62,771 nt of DNA, filler included, from Polymyxa betae A26-41 (GCA_003693705.1; 4 parts of 4 records of this genome joined end to end with filler, not necessarily neighbours in it); one strand, 5' to 3'; shown: positions 37,200 to 49,920, counted from the whole stretch's first letter. The notes: generated by a model not told the origin, from the letters alone. A program made the numbers and translations.

Positions 37200-38630
37200 A
37201 TGACTACCTTCCGATACCCAGTCGTCGTACTGCTCCTGTCCATCATCGTTGTCGTGGCTCCAGCAGCCCGGGGTCAGCACGACCCCGTCGACCAAGACGC
37301 CGAATCCGGCGCTGTTGTCGCCAGGCCCAAATCGGAGTGGTATCGCGAGCCTGTCTTCTACTACCTGATGATGTTACAGCTTGCCGGTACATTGGTCATG
37401 AAGCCGCAGACACCGTTGCTGGGAGCGAAGGCCGCGCGTAACGGCATCACCTCCGAGTCGATGGGCGTCATCCTGGCCCTGATGCCGCTGAGTGGCGCCC
37501 TCATATCCCCCTGGATCGGACAGCTTCTGCCGTGGATCGGTCTACGGCGTACGCTGGCACTGGGCTCCATAACGATGGCGCTATCCGGGGCGGCGTTCGG
37601 TGTCCTGGACTTCCTGCACGGGCCGCTCTTCGTCTTCACTGCTATCGTCCTGCGCATTCTGTTCGGTTTCGGCCAAGCTACCGGCATGACCGCTACGGCC
37701 GCCTATTGGAATGCCGCCTGTGACAGCTTCTCCACTGTTCATGCCGTAACGACGGCCTTCTCCACACTGACAGGAATGCTGGTCCCTCCCGCCTGCTCTC
37801 TCATCGAAATGCGCTTCGGATACTACATGGCGTTCATCGTGTTCGGCCTCGTCTCCGCTCTCATCGTCGCTTTCTGTACCATAACGTTACCGGATTTGAA
37901 GGAGCCCGCGCCCTCCAGTTCCTGTGCGGGTCTCGGCGCCGTCCGACGCATCCCCCGAGCGCTGGCCGCCCTCGCCGTCGTCGTCGCCAACATGGCTGCC
38001 GCAGGTCTGATCGGCGTACTGCTCCCGTACGTGTTCGCCGATCTCGGCGTCTCCGATATCGGAACCAGCCTGGCGTTCTCGGCGTCCGGGCTGGCGTGGA
38101 CTGCGGGCAGCCTCCTGTCCAGTCGTATGCTGGACGGATGGCGATGCCGGGCCTCCGTCATTATGAATCTCTACACCGTACTGGCCGCACTGGCCCTGGT
38201 TATGCTCGCCCTGGTCAAGGCGCCGCTGTCCGTGGCGGCCTCCGTCATCTTGCTGTCGTTCTCGACAGCGACGGGGCATGTCGCGGCCTGTAATTTGCTG
38301 ATAACGGAAGCGCTGGCTTACGATACCGCTCTAGTCCCAGTCGCGACCGGCCTGAAGATCAGCGCTCGCGCATTCGGAGAGGCGATCGGGAACCTGTTCG
38401 GAGGGCTTCTGTATAGTCACGGCGGTCTGGCTCTCGCTAACTGGACCTTTGTATCGTTGACTATTGCGGCAATTATCGCGTATGAAGTGACTGCAAGATG
38501 GGCGGGTAATAGTCCACATACGTTACCTGAGGATGATGTGGCGGTTCCGCTGTTGAATAACAGGAAACCTGAATTGTTAGGACGGCTATGGAGGCGGTTA
38601 CGAGGAATGGTCAGGCCTGTCTTACTGTGA
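37200..38630 (+). CDS. Major facilitator superfamily transporter
   Basis: Intronless GC-rich ORF with ~12 hydrophobic helices, motif-A-like GQLLPWIGLRR and LRILFGFGQA, plus an extra N-terminal hydrophobic segment. Confidence 0.9.
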   Translation: MTTFRYPVVVLLLSIIVVVAPAARGQHDPVDQDAESGAVVARPKSEWYREPVFYYLMMLQLAGTLVMKPQTPLLGAKAARNGITSESMGVILALMPLSGALISPWIGQLLPWIGLRRTLALGSITMALSGAAFGVLDFLHGPLFVFTAIVLRILFGFGQATGMTATAAYWNAACDSFSTVHAVTTAFSTLTGMLVPPACSLIEMRFGYYMAFIVFGLVSALIVAFCTITLPDLKEPAPSSSCAGLGAVRRIPRALAALAVVVANMAAAGLIGVLLPYVFADLGVSDIGTSLAFSASGLAWTAGSLLSSRMLDGWRCRASVIMNLYTVLAALALVMLALVKAPLSVAASVILLSFSTATGHVAACNLLITEALAYDTALVPVATGLKISARAFGEAIGNLFGGLLYSHGGLALANWTFVSLTIAAIIAYEVTARWAGNSPHTLPEDDVAVPLLNNRKPELLGRLWRRLRGMVRPVLL

Positions 38631-39926
38631 ATACCTCTGAATATGTTCGATTAATGAATAAACTTTTGAACATTTCTAATATCTGCTCAAAGGGTCATTT
38701 CTATCAAATGCGTCTCCTAAGCACACTCTTAGGTGACTAATTGAACCATTCATCAGTTAACTTCTAGCATTCAGATTCCTCTAATAAAATCCCCCTTAAT
38801 GGCAGGATCGTGCGCAAAAACTGGAATATTTCCACACGACTTTACTGAAGCCGCTGGATTCCCGAAATCTGTAGCCTATCTGGCCGTTGTATTGGGTAAC
38901 AAATCATGATTGAATATCGAGTACGAAGTCACCCCCAGAGCCCAACGTCATGTTGGAATATGCAGCCCAATCGTTCCAGATTCGTATGACTCCCGGCAAC
39001 TCCGCGAACTTGACTGTCCCGAACAACCTAACAGCTGAATCCGGCGGGTTTTCATGAGCACGATTGGAGAATTTAATAAGTTGCAGATTCAGTCTGTGCT
39101 TCAGTAATCGTTGTTAAGGGCGTTGCTGTAGTTGATACATAATGTTGATCAAAAGGGTCGTTGATGTAAACAGTGAAAGGATAGCGGAAGGTCCTCTGGC
39201 TGCAACTGCCTCACAATGGCATTCAGCAGAAGTATCTTCATCCATAATGAGCGATTGATTCCGTTTTGCTTCTATGGTTGGCTTCAACTTGAAGATAATG
39301 ATCAAACAGCTGATTTAATACTTTCTGTGGATGAGATTGAGGATACTGAATGACAATGGCCTTTGAAAAATCGTAACCATACACATGAGGAGAGTATAGT
39401 GACGTCACATTCAGATTGGGTAAAATCCCGACGACGCCGATTGCCTCTATAGACTGTCAGACTATCTAGCAATACATCTGGAACAGACATGAAAAAGACA
39501 CGATTTTCGAAGAATTTAATCAAAATTTGAATGACATAATCGACAGGATTGTTCAGTGAATTTAATCAAAATTTCAGGGAACATGACCCATGATCATTCC
39601 ATTGGAATATTTTAAGAAAAGGGAAACCCTAACCCTAACAATGGCGGCATTACGTTATTCTCTTAGCCACTTCGCGCTTGTCCCATACTGACACATAGCA
39701 CAGCTGATAATCCTCGTTATATTCTCTCAATTCAGAATAAACGAGCAATCTATGCACAGAACGATCAGTTTATTAGAAGCACGATTGGTATAACGAACTG
39801 GGATATTCATGGATCTGCAGGAAGAAGTCCGTACGGACTTCCTGGGAGGTGGGGTCGGGGTCCCAAAGCGGCAGGCTGCTCGACCTGGCCATTCCCAAAA
39901 TCGGACCTGCCTCTCCACCACCTTTC

Positions 39927-40940
39927 ATGTCGCTCTCTCACGTCCTCGTGCTCGTCGTGTCCGTACTGGCCCTGTCGGGGTCGGCCGTGGACACCAAGTC
40001 TAAGAAACCCTTCCAAAACCCTGTTGGATTATATGCCGCTCTGGAGGGCAGCAAGGCCGACCCCGTACTGGCCCGCTCGGGATCGCACATACCGGAAGTG
40101 AAACAGTCGGTCGCGGCCACCGAATCTGCTCAGACTGGAGAGCAGCCCCTGGCATCTAACGATATTACTGAGGGCGAGGCCCCCCAGCCTGAATCCAAGA
40201 ACATCGAATCTGTTACCGAGACCGGATCGACTGAGACCGAGGAGGCCCAGGAGAACTCCGAAGATAAAGTTTCCGAGAAAGCTGCCGAAGAGCAGTCCGA
40301 GGAACAAGTTACCGAGAAGGTCGCCGAGGAGAAATCCAAAGATTCTACGGAGGACAACGCGCGTGAAGAAGTGACCGAGACTGCTAAATCGGTGTCGGGT
40401 GAAGAGGATCGTTCTGAAGAGCAATCTGAGACCACCACGGACTCAATGGGAACTGAAGAACAGCCTGAGATCATGAATAACACCGAGTCGGAACAGAAAA
40501 CTGACGATGCCGATGAGGCTGAAGAATCTGAAGGTGCCGATCTGGCTGAATTCCTATATCATGATGTCTTCAACTTTATTCAAGAATTTTCTCAGAAAGA
40601 GAAGGAAGAATTGGCTCTGAAAGAGGAGGAAGCATTGGCTCAGAAACGGGAGGCGGAAGCAGAAGCGGAATTTCAAGGCCGCCGCTATCTCCATGATTTC
40701 ACGCAGATGGTTAACAAGCAGGAGGCGGAAGAAGGCCCGAAACGTCAAGGTCGCCATTATCTCCGTGATTTCCTGAAATTGGTTAACAAGCAGACGAAGG
40801 ACGCTGAAGCGAAACTGCAAGGTCGCTACTATCTCCATGATTTCCTGGAATTGCTTAACGAGCAGCGTAAACAAGAGAATGAGGCCCAAGATGAGACTTC
40901 AGCTGAGGATAACATTGAGAAGGAAGAGGAAAGCTGTAAG
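39927..40940 (+). CDS. Secreted Glu-rich repeat protein (effector candidate), 3'-truncated by gap
   Basis: Signal peptide MSLSHVLVLVVSVLALSGSA, acidic middle region, three 24-aa repeats QGRxYLxDFxxxxNxQ. Confidence 0.8.
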
Positions 40941-41040
40941 NNNNNNNNNNNNNNNNNNNNNNNNNNNNNNNNNNNNNNNNNNNNTTAATTAATTAANNNN
41001 NNNNNNNNNNNNNNNNNNNNNNNNNNNNNNNNNNNNNNNN
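40941..41040. other. Artificial contig linker
   Basis: N44-TTAATTAATTAA-N44. Confidence 0.98.
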
Positions 41041-42866
41041 CGAGCGAGAAAACCAACATGTTCTCTGGAACCCGGTGATGTCGCCAACGATACATCCCTT
41101 TCGAATGCGCTTTCCATCTTCAAGCGCAACGAAAGCAGCGACAAATACGAAATGTGCGTTAAACAGGTGAAACAATATCAACTGGCCACACTTTTCGTTG
41201 GACGTGGTCTTTCGTTCCGACAAGCCGCATTTGCAGCTCAGGACGCTAAGTTTGTGACCAACTGTGTTAAGCTTGGCAACTGCAATAACTTGATCGTTGC
41301 GAAGTACGTCCGAATTGTCTGTGCTGTCGCATTCCAGAACATTTCGCGACTTCTGTTTGGCTTTTGGGCATTTTCGATTGCAGTCGATGGTTCGGACTGC
41401 CAATCTACCTCGTACATCGATATACGCTGTCGACATTACTCTGACGGCAAACTTCTGTATCACCACCTTATTGCAATTCCTTTCTCTGGAAGTCACACTG
41501 GTTCTGAAATGTTTAGCATGATTGAAACTGTTTTCGATGCTTTGTGTAACGACTGGAAGTCCAAGCTTGTTGCTTGTCTAACAGACGGAGCTGCGAACAT
41601 GACTGGCCACATATCCGGACTTGTTGCGCGGATTTCCAATGTCGCTCTGGATCCTTTCGTCCGGAATTGGTGTGCTCGGCATCAAATAGACTTAGTAATG
41701 CAACGCGTTTTCCGTCGAGTCAACGATGGCCAGTTCTACACATCATTAACTGGTATGATTTCGCATCTTCTTCGGCAAAAATCCTTAATTGACCGTCCCA
41801 AATCGACATGTCCCGCCTTATCTGGCACCCGATGGGTATCAATGTCTCGCGTATCATCGTACCTGCTGGAGTATCGAACTGAAATTTTAGAGCATTACGA
41901 ATCGCTTAACGCCGAAAGACGCAAAAGCGAGCCGCCACTTACTTTTTGGATTTATTTAGCTGCATTCAACGTGATTGCGACAGAGGTCAATGACAGTGTG
42001 CAGCGACTCCAACGAATGCATTAGTCGAATCCAAAAGCTAGCATTCTCTGAAAATGCGACTGAGGATGAACCCAGAGATGATACTATCGTTGGCCATGGG
42101 TTGCGGTATTCGAAAGAGGAATTGAACGGGTTTCTAACGGACCAAGGCCTGTTTGTTTTCCATTTGTTGAAAGAGACTCAAACAGAAGAGCGGGACGCGA
42201 TCCTTGAGAGTGTTGCTGAAATGCTCAGCACATTCATTGCTGGGTTGCAGGAAGTACGAGCTGAGCGAGACGAATTTAATGTCAGCTCTTTGAATGATTT
42301 TCTCCCCACATTACATTTGGAGTTCGTAGAAATGAAGCCGGTGGAGCTTGTTGAGCAACAAAACTTTCGGATTTCTGCCAACTGGAACAGCAAGGAAATC
42401 GAGAATATCTGCTCTCAGCATCGCGACCTGAAACTTCGGTTTGAAAAACAACCTCGTTTCAAATCTGCCTTATCCCGTTCTAATAATCTCAACAACTACT
42501 TTTGACGAGGCCTGGGGAATTGAAGGAATGTCTTCTGAGTATCCGGAGCTTTGTGCTTTCGCTTGGGGTCTGGCTTCAGTTTTTCCAAATACGGCCTCAG
42601 TAGAATCGGACTTCTATTCGTTAAAATGGGAGAAAAACGATATTCTTCACCCGCTGACTGACTTCTCTTTGAAAGGCATCTCGCAATGCCGTCAGGTGCA
42701 GCTCCAGCAGTGTTGTAATGGCATCGTGTTAGCTTTCTTTCCACATTTTAATACAAATGAGCCCATTTTAGAGAAAATGACTATTTTTAGTACTTTATTT
42801 GAGAAAAAATAATTATTTTAGGGAAAAATAGGCCAATTAGTCATTTGCCTATTTTTATGAGGCCTG
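41041..42866 (+). mobile_element. hAT transposon (5'-truncated by gap), degenerate transposase
   Basis: FSIAVDGS, HTG, LTDGAANMTG, WCARHQIDL, TRW, FPNTASVESDF; right TIR CTATTTTTATGAGGCCTG ending at 42866. Confidence 0.92.
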
Positions 42867-43529
42867 GAGATGGGTCAAAGTAGCTTGGAATGATATCTCT
42901 TCTGAAACTATAGCAAACTGCTGGAGGCATTCCGGAATTGTTGCAGATGAGGCGCCCGTACATATGTAACCAGACTCTGAACAAGAGCGAGACATTGATG
43001 CGGAGTTGTTGGATGAGATTGACCGTCTGCGAATCTACGATCCCATTGATCTTCCTAATCTCCTAACCCCTTCGGTCGAAGAGGACGTTCATGAGGAGTT
43101 TACTGAGCAAGACTTCCTGGATATGTGTGAAACCATAGCTGAGGTCAGTGATGAAGAAGAGTTTGTCTGCGAAGTCGATAATGAGAAGCTCTTACATTGT
43201 CTTCCGACCGAAATTACAAAATCAGAAGATCCCATCGGAAACTCCGCGGCTCTTAAGTGTCTTCACCGCTTGCAGTGGGATACACGACGCGCAATCATCG
43301 AAAAGAAGCAGTCTGCTATTTCAGGCCGATATCAGATCGTTTTTTGAATTTCTAATAAAATGCTGTTTTTTCGGAAATCTCCAATAATCTAAAATCTTTC
43401 CTGAAGGTATAAAATAACAAAATGAGAGATATAAGATAATCGTCATAGGAACGGACTTGGTTCCAGCGATATCAATAAAATATAAGAGATTATAAAGGTT
43501 TAGATAAAAAAGTATTCGAGAGTCTACGG
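42867..43529 (+). mobile_element. pogo/Tigger 3' remnant
   Basis: AWNDISSETIANCWRHSGI resembles AWNAVSSDTIANCWRHTGL of 53612-55054; ends GAGAGTCTACGG followed by TA. Confidence 0.75.
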
Positions 43530-43539
43530 TAGTTAAAAG

Positions 43540-45391
43540 CGCGTCTAGTTAAATCCTCCTAATAGTCGAGCGCAGATAATGCTTTCTGCGTACAGAAAAT
43601 TGGGCGCAACCCTAAGCTACAACCACTGTAAATCTGTTTGATTATTAAAAAAGTTCAGACATCTATATTTCGGAGTTTCGTATATGCCCAGAATTCGGCA
43701 TGATAACGGCAGTTGAACGATAGGCACAGGCTTATTCATCTTACCCGTCGATTTGCTACAACTTGGTCTAGGTTTCTCGTTCGCAGAATTCTCTCATTAC
43801 CTATTGTTTCGGTTTCGAATCGGTTTCAAATGATCGGCGACACAAGGAGGTTTGGCAGGACTTCAGAGTTTGGAAAATCGCTCTGCTGCGAAATGCCACA
43901 TACTGATCATGCCGATCAATTAAATCTTTCCAGGCCTGAACTCATGAATGCCGAATAAATAATTCATCTTCAGGAATAATTCATCAAGAAAGTTTCCGAG
44001 CGAAACCTTGAAGCAAGGAATTTTTAGTCCGTGACAAGAATGAATATGTAACGACTAGCGAGACGCACTCGGAGTTTGGGGTCGTTTGACCTGCAATAAA
44101 TGTGCATCGGTGCTTTCACAGCAATTGTAATAATAATTCTTTATTTCGGACTTATTGATTTTTTTCTCATGCGATGAAGGAATAAGCTATTTTCTAAGGC
44201 CGCTCATGCGGAGTAATTCGATTCCGCTTCAAACAGAGGAATAATAAATTATTCCGGAAGCTGTTCCCATGAAATAAATAGTGGATATTTATTTCGGCAT
44301 CCCTGCAGTGAAACTCAGACACATTGCAAAATGTATGGGGCTTCAAGGATTGGCGATTCTCAGTGATTCTGTTTATTAAAGAATAAAATAAAAGGCTGAA
44401 AATTGTAATTTTGGAGTATATTCCTACTCCTATTTTGGTCTCTGACCGTTTAAACGAGACCTTTAAAAAGGTCTAAACAAGTCCAATCCGTTTCACAATC
44501 CTGGCTAGGGCTCCGATTCGGTCGGATACTACCCGAGTATCGGTGTTCGGATCGGATACCGGTAGGATACCGGTACTAGGGAGCTATCCGACCGGGTTCC
44601 GAAAACTACCGAAATTTATAGTCTCCCATACTGTAGCAGAGCAACAGGTAATGGATGAAGTGGATAAGTACCTGAGCTTGCGTTGAGAGCATCCAGCAGT
44701 CGATCCCTTGGAATTGTGGAAACCCCATTCGAAGCAGTTTTCGAACCTCTGCAAAGTTGCCAAGAACATTCTTTCCATTCTTGGATCATCAGTGGCGGTT
44801 GAAAGAACATTTAACTAAGTTCGGGATGTGGTCGGGCTTCGCAGACACTCCTTGAAAAAAGAGACGCTCAGCTCATTAATGTTGGCATGTGTGCATTGAA
44901 AAAATGAACAGTAAAAGTTGTTTCCGCTCCTTTATTAGTATTTCATGTTTCGGCAGCCGATACTACCGGTATCGTGTCCGGTTTTCCGGATACGATACCG
45001 GTAGTAAGCAAATACCCGACCCGAGACTACCGATAGGAGCCCTAATCCTTGGCATATAAAGATGGCTTGCGGTTCTGTTCTTATTGTAGATGCACAACCG
45101 GATGCAGATCGGTGTTACGTCAGCGAAATTTCGTTCTTATATGAGATGCCATAAAAGTCACAAACTACCCGCAGGATATCAGCCTGGTGAACGGCCTGCT
45201 GTAGCGCTTCACGTCGCGGGATCTTGAATGTCATGCCACTCTGTTGGGAAGTCGGGCGATCCATGGTTGTGGCGATTGGTGAAGGGAAAACCTCAACGCA
45301 AGACATGTAATTTAAAAAGGGCTGCGCGCAGTTTACTGTACGTAGAATGCATTTTCTGCGCTCGACTATTAAGAGGATTTAGCTAGACGCG
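43540..45391. mobile_element. Unclassified long-TIR (~60 bp) non-autonomous element containing nested hAT pieces
   Basis: CGCGTCTAGTTAAATCCTCCTAATAGTCGAGCGCAGA.. is inverted at ~45336-45391. Flanks TTAAAAG / TTAAAGC. Confidence 0.75.
44506..45044 (+). mobile_element. Ac-like hAT deletion derivative
   Basis: TIR TAGGGCTCC/GGAGCCCTA; TSD ATCCTGGC/ATCCTTGGC; TACCG subterminal repeats; dimerization-domain remnant DPLELWK..LCKVAKNILSILGSSVAVERTF. Confidence 0.88.
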
Positions 45392-45559
45392 TTAAAGCGG
45401 CGGAAAGCGCAACTTAGATACCCCCTATTGTATTAATGGCCCGGTGGGCTCTTATATCGTAAAATAAGTTTAACGCAGATTCATATATAAGGAAACTCCG
45501 CAACGGAGTTGTCTTACACCTGTGAGGAGCTGCCATGGTCGACTGGGTCTGTATGTGTT

Positions 45560-45975
45560 ATATCAACTCCGGTTCGGAATTTGAGAAGGCCAATGGTTCG
45601 TGGCCATGCACGACTCGAACCAAGTTACAATGCGCCCGCTTGTCGTGCACACCTGCCTTAGCTTGATCTTGACAATGAAGACCAACCTCTTTATGAGCGA
45701 GAGCATCGTTGACTCAAGATGGCACAAACGGCATTTACAGTATCTCATTCACTGGGAGGGATACGACGTGTGCGACAGGACAGGACTTGGGATTTTGCCA
45801 AATCATTATATCTCTCCGCCACTCCAGCTCTGCGATTAGCCATGGAAGCCTTTCATCTGCAATTTCCAACGAGACCGGGACTGAGAGGGATGTAATGTCA
45901 GGAACGCAGCCACCGGAGATGTTACCCTCGTAACGTATCCACTCACTGTTGGCAGTTCTACTTCTGTAACACTAA
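45560..45975 (+). mobile_element. Gypsy 3' end remnant (chromodomain, PPT, LTR start)
   Basis: ESIVDSRW..LQYLIHWEGY; GAGAGGGA then TGTAATG at 45891. Confidence 0.75.
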
Positions 45976-46303
45976 GAGCCTGGTTCAAGTAGAAAATAGC
46001 GCGAAAGAATAGCGTAAATTAAAGAAATGTGGCTGCAACTAGCTGGACGAGCAATTCCGGTCCCGCAAGTTGTGGAGGCCGCACAGAAGGCTGCGCGCAC
46101 TGATCAAAGGCTGCGCCGACCTGGCCGTTAAATGCAGCTCTGGACCTGACTACAGCTGCTGAAATGACGGATGTTGACGGCGCCCCAGCAGCTGCTGCTT
46201 TGTCGGCGGTAACAATAACGCCTAAAAAACGTGGCAGGAAACCTAAAGGCGATCCGGGCCGCACCGAAGCTCGCTGGAGTAACGAAATGGTCGAGGTTTT
46301 TGG
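45976..46303 (+). mobile_element. Harbinger left-end fragment
   Basis: TAA then GAGCCTGGTTCAAGTAGAAAA; PKKRGRKPK..RWSNEMVE is homologous to the Myb gene at 15334. Confidence 0.85.
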
Positions 46304-49300
46304 TTGAAAACACAACATCGAATAGTGATACCCGTTCAAAGCTATGACCTAAAAAGACGCCTATGCATCATTGCACATGCTGGCAGTCATTGTGGTCATC
46401 TCTCGTTAAAAAATGGACTTGCTCTGCTAGAAAGTTGGGTATTTTGGGTCGGTATGAAGTTAGACATCAAAGATGTCTGCTCTTTCGTGCTTGCAATGCC
46501 TCCAACGAAGAAAGGATTTCGTATTCCTCGACTTCTTGGAACTGCATGCCATGGAACAAGACCTAATGAGGTTTTGCATTTTGATTATTTATATATAGCT
46601 TCTTAATTAAAGAGCTCTTTACTTTATCAGTGGATCTTCGTTATCCGAGATGATGTTTCTGGTGTGGTCATACTGACACCTGTCATTGTACCAAATACGG
46701 TTCATACAGTTGATGCCTTGTTACAATGGCGAGTTCTTTTTGGCAGATCGAAAGCATATGTTTCTGATCAGGCCTCATATTTTATGTCTGAGACTTTGAA
46801 ACAATTTTGTAAAACAATTGGTACGCAGCAGCACTTTAATACTGTCTAGGCCCATTACTCCAATGCCAAGATTGAAATTGTGAATCGTAGTGCTGTAAAT
46901 TTATTACGCTGTATAATATCAGAATTTCGCTCTGATAAAGCTGATTGGCCTTGGTTTGTAAAACTGGTAGAACCTGCCATAAACCATCGTTCACAACGTC
47001 GCTTAGCTGGTCACGCGCCGATCGCTGTAATGACCGGATTGCCAGAAGAAATCCCTTCGGATATCATTTTTGTAGCCCAAAAACGTTAGCTATTAGCTCT
47101 GTTGATATTCAAACAGACCAGATTACAAAATCACTTGAAAATTTGCAGAATAGCCTTCAGTATATCCATAAAGAAATTGTAGCTGCTACTGAGACTGAGC
47201 GGCAATCTCACCGAGATTGTAAGTCAAAACATAGGACATTGCCTAACTTCGATGTTGGCGACTATGTTCTTGTTGCAATCTCTGAAAATATAACTGGTAA
47301 TAAACTCGGCTTTTATGGCATGGACCTTATCGAATAGTCAATGTTCAGAGTCATTCGTTTTCACTGTTGAGAATTTGCTCATTGGAGAAATACAACAAAT
47401 ACATGGTGATCGAATTCAGTTTTATTGTGATAAAAATCTCAATATCACTGATGATTTTCTTAAGCAGCTTCAATATGACATGCCTAATCGACAGATTGAG
47501 AAACCCTGTGATGCTAGACTAAATGCAACTACCGTCTTCACCTGAAGACAGCGCCTAGTCGTTCTATTTAAGTTTCTCTGAAAACTGGCGAAGAAGAAAG
47601 TTGGTACAAAAACCCGAATACAACGCCAAGTTATATAACGCCTAGGCGTTGTATTTGAATACGCCTAGGCGCTGTATTGGAAGACGCCTAGGCGTTGTAT
47701 TTGAATGCATCAGTTCTACAGCGAGCCTGGTCGGAGGTCCCATATCGGGCATTTAACAGGCTCGGGTATTTAAGGAGCTCGTTATTCTGTGGCAATAAAA
47801 GAATCATTTCTTCAACGTCTAGAGAGCACGGCTGATTTCAGAATACACGAACAATAATGGTTGGACAGGAACGTTTTTCCAAACGCAAGTCTTTCACGAT
47901 CCAGTACAAACTGGATGCCGTTGGCCAGTACATGCCCGGCGTTAAGGGTAAAGGATTCGCGGCCGTTGCCAAGCGGTTTGGTGTCACTTCTTCAACCTTG
48001 CGCGGCTGGTACAGTAATCGTCAACAGCTGTCTGCATTATTACAAGACAATGCCGTTCAATCTCGCAAGTCGTGTCGACTGTCGGGCGGAGGCCGCAAGT
48101 GCAAGTATAACTCCGTCGAAGTCCGTGTGCATGACTGGGTGAAGAGTCGCAACAAACTCGGCTTGCGAGTAAAGGATCAATATATTCGACTGAAAGCGCT
48201 CGCTTTCTACCGCGAAGAACATCATCATGCTCCCGATTTTGAAGCAGAGCATGCTGAGGATAGTGACGACGGCGTTGGTTCTTTCAGGGCGTCAAAGGGG
48301 TGGTGTTCACGATTCAAGGACCGTTATGATTTGGAGGCTCACATCATCAAGGGTATTACCAGATAATGCTGATCACTTAGTGCAGTCTTGGACACAGAAT
48401 ATCCATCACTTGATTGAGCTGCACAATATCAAGCCGTGCAATATCATAAATATGGACCAGGTTCCAAGGTACATTGAAGTCGAACCAAAAAGCACGCTAA
48501 CAGCGAAGGGCAGCCGGGAAGTTTTAATGCTGAAGGGAGGAACTTCCCACAAACGACTTACTGCCACATTTACAGTCCAATCCGATGGCAAACTATTGAC
48601 ACCGCACGTATTGTTTTCGAAGTTGAAAACAAGCCCGTTTGTGAGGACGGGATTCTGGTTGACGTGAACAAGACCGGAATGTGGTCTGATTCAATTTTAC
48701 TGCAGCAAGTTAAAGACGTCGTGCTGTCTCGGCGACAATCCGCATTTAACCGCGAGCCAGTCCTTTATATAACTGACTCGTACGGGTGTCACTTGAAGAT
48801 GTTCAACGAAGCAGTTCTTCAAAAGCACAACGTGCACGTCTCCATTGTCCCGCCAAACTTGACGAACATCTTGCAGCCGCTTGATGTTGGCATCAATCGA
48901 TCGATCCAGCAGTTTTATAATGACCGAAATGATTCATACATTGCCGCCGCGCTCGCCAACCACGACTTGCAAACCAAGCAAGGAAATGTGAAGGTCCCTC
49001 CATATAAGCTGGTTACTCGATGGATACTGGATTGGCAAGAGAGCCGAGTCGAAGCGGATAAGGCTAAGGCATTTTCTGTTTGTGGAATATGCCATCCGTC
49101 CGAATTCTCGGTGGAGAAGCTTCATCCGCCTGTTTAAATCCCAGTTCGATCCTGTAGCCTGGCAACAAAAATATGGGGACTTATTGGGATCGGAGTACGC
49201 CAATCTACCATCCATGGAAACTGTGCCGCCAGACTTCTACCTCCCAGCTGATTCTCAAAGGAGTTTGTTTGCCTGCATCTACCGATCCATAGGAGTGGTC

Positions 49301-49920
49301 CCGGTTTTTGAAAACCGACATCACCGAAATCCTCGACAAAGTGGTCGACTTCATGCTCCAGATGCCCGGACTACTTGATAGATTTAGCAGTGAGGATGGT
49401 AGCGCGATGAAGAATGGTGACAAAGTTGCAGGTGTGTGCGAATTATTCGGAATCTCTCGTTTTTACGAGCTAAACATCTTGGTATCCACGCTCGACGATA
49501 AGGCGAAAGTCCTATCACAGTTTACCTTTGAAGGGGGTGTCGAGCATTCGGATATCAAGCACGTGCATCTACAACGCTTTGGCGATTACTTCACCATGGA
49601 ATTGCAAAACATGCTATAAAGGACCTTGCAATAAAGGACCATAAAATACTTGATTTTGTATCTGATTCCACTCTATAGACTGTTCATTTCAAGATAACTG
49701 ACTGTATCATCGAGGCAGATCCATGTAACAGAAGTATAGGGTTTCGCGAATAGGCGCTGTAGTCGAATACAGCGCCTATCTGGCTTCTGGAGAGAAAAGT
49801 TGAAGCTTACACCCTATAATACAGCGCCTAGGCGCTGTATTCGGGTGAAGACGGTAGTACTGATGTTGAATAACTGGTAAAATGGAGAGGATTTTCCCCT
49901 CTAGAAAATACCTGGCGCAA
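46304..49920 (+). mobile_element. Gypsy integrase-chromodomain fragment interrupted by pogo
   Basis: HAGSHCGH, LHFDYL, YVSDQ, FDVGDYVL. The chromodomain resumes after 49856 (LVKWRGFSPLENTW). Confidence 0.88.
47532..49854 (+). mobile_element. pogo (POGK/Tigger-like) transposon, full length, frameshifted
   Basis: TIR CCGTCTTCACC(T/C)GAA(G/T)ACAGCGCCTAG with TA TSD. Brinker/HTH-like N-terminus, FRASKGWCSRF, NMDQVP, ITDSY, LQPLDVGINR. Confidence 0.93.

Noticed and set aside
38700-39600. Possible decayed gene on the minus strand
   Set aside because: Only short ORFs with no recognisable motif.
39624-39638. Telomere-like AAACCCTAACCCTAA (similar short motifs at ~34530 and ~36727)
   Set aside because: Only two units; could be chance or a promoter motif, and cannot be supported.
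47625-47705. Three palindromic ACGCCTAGGCGTTGTATT repeats
   Set aside because: Explained as pogo subterminal repeats echoing the TIR.
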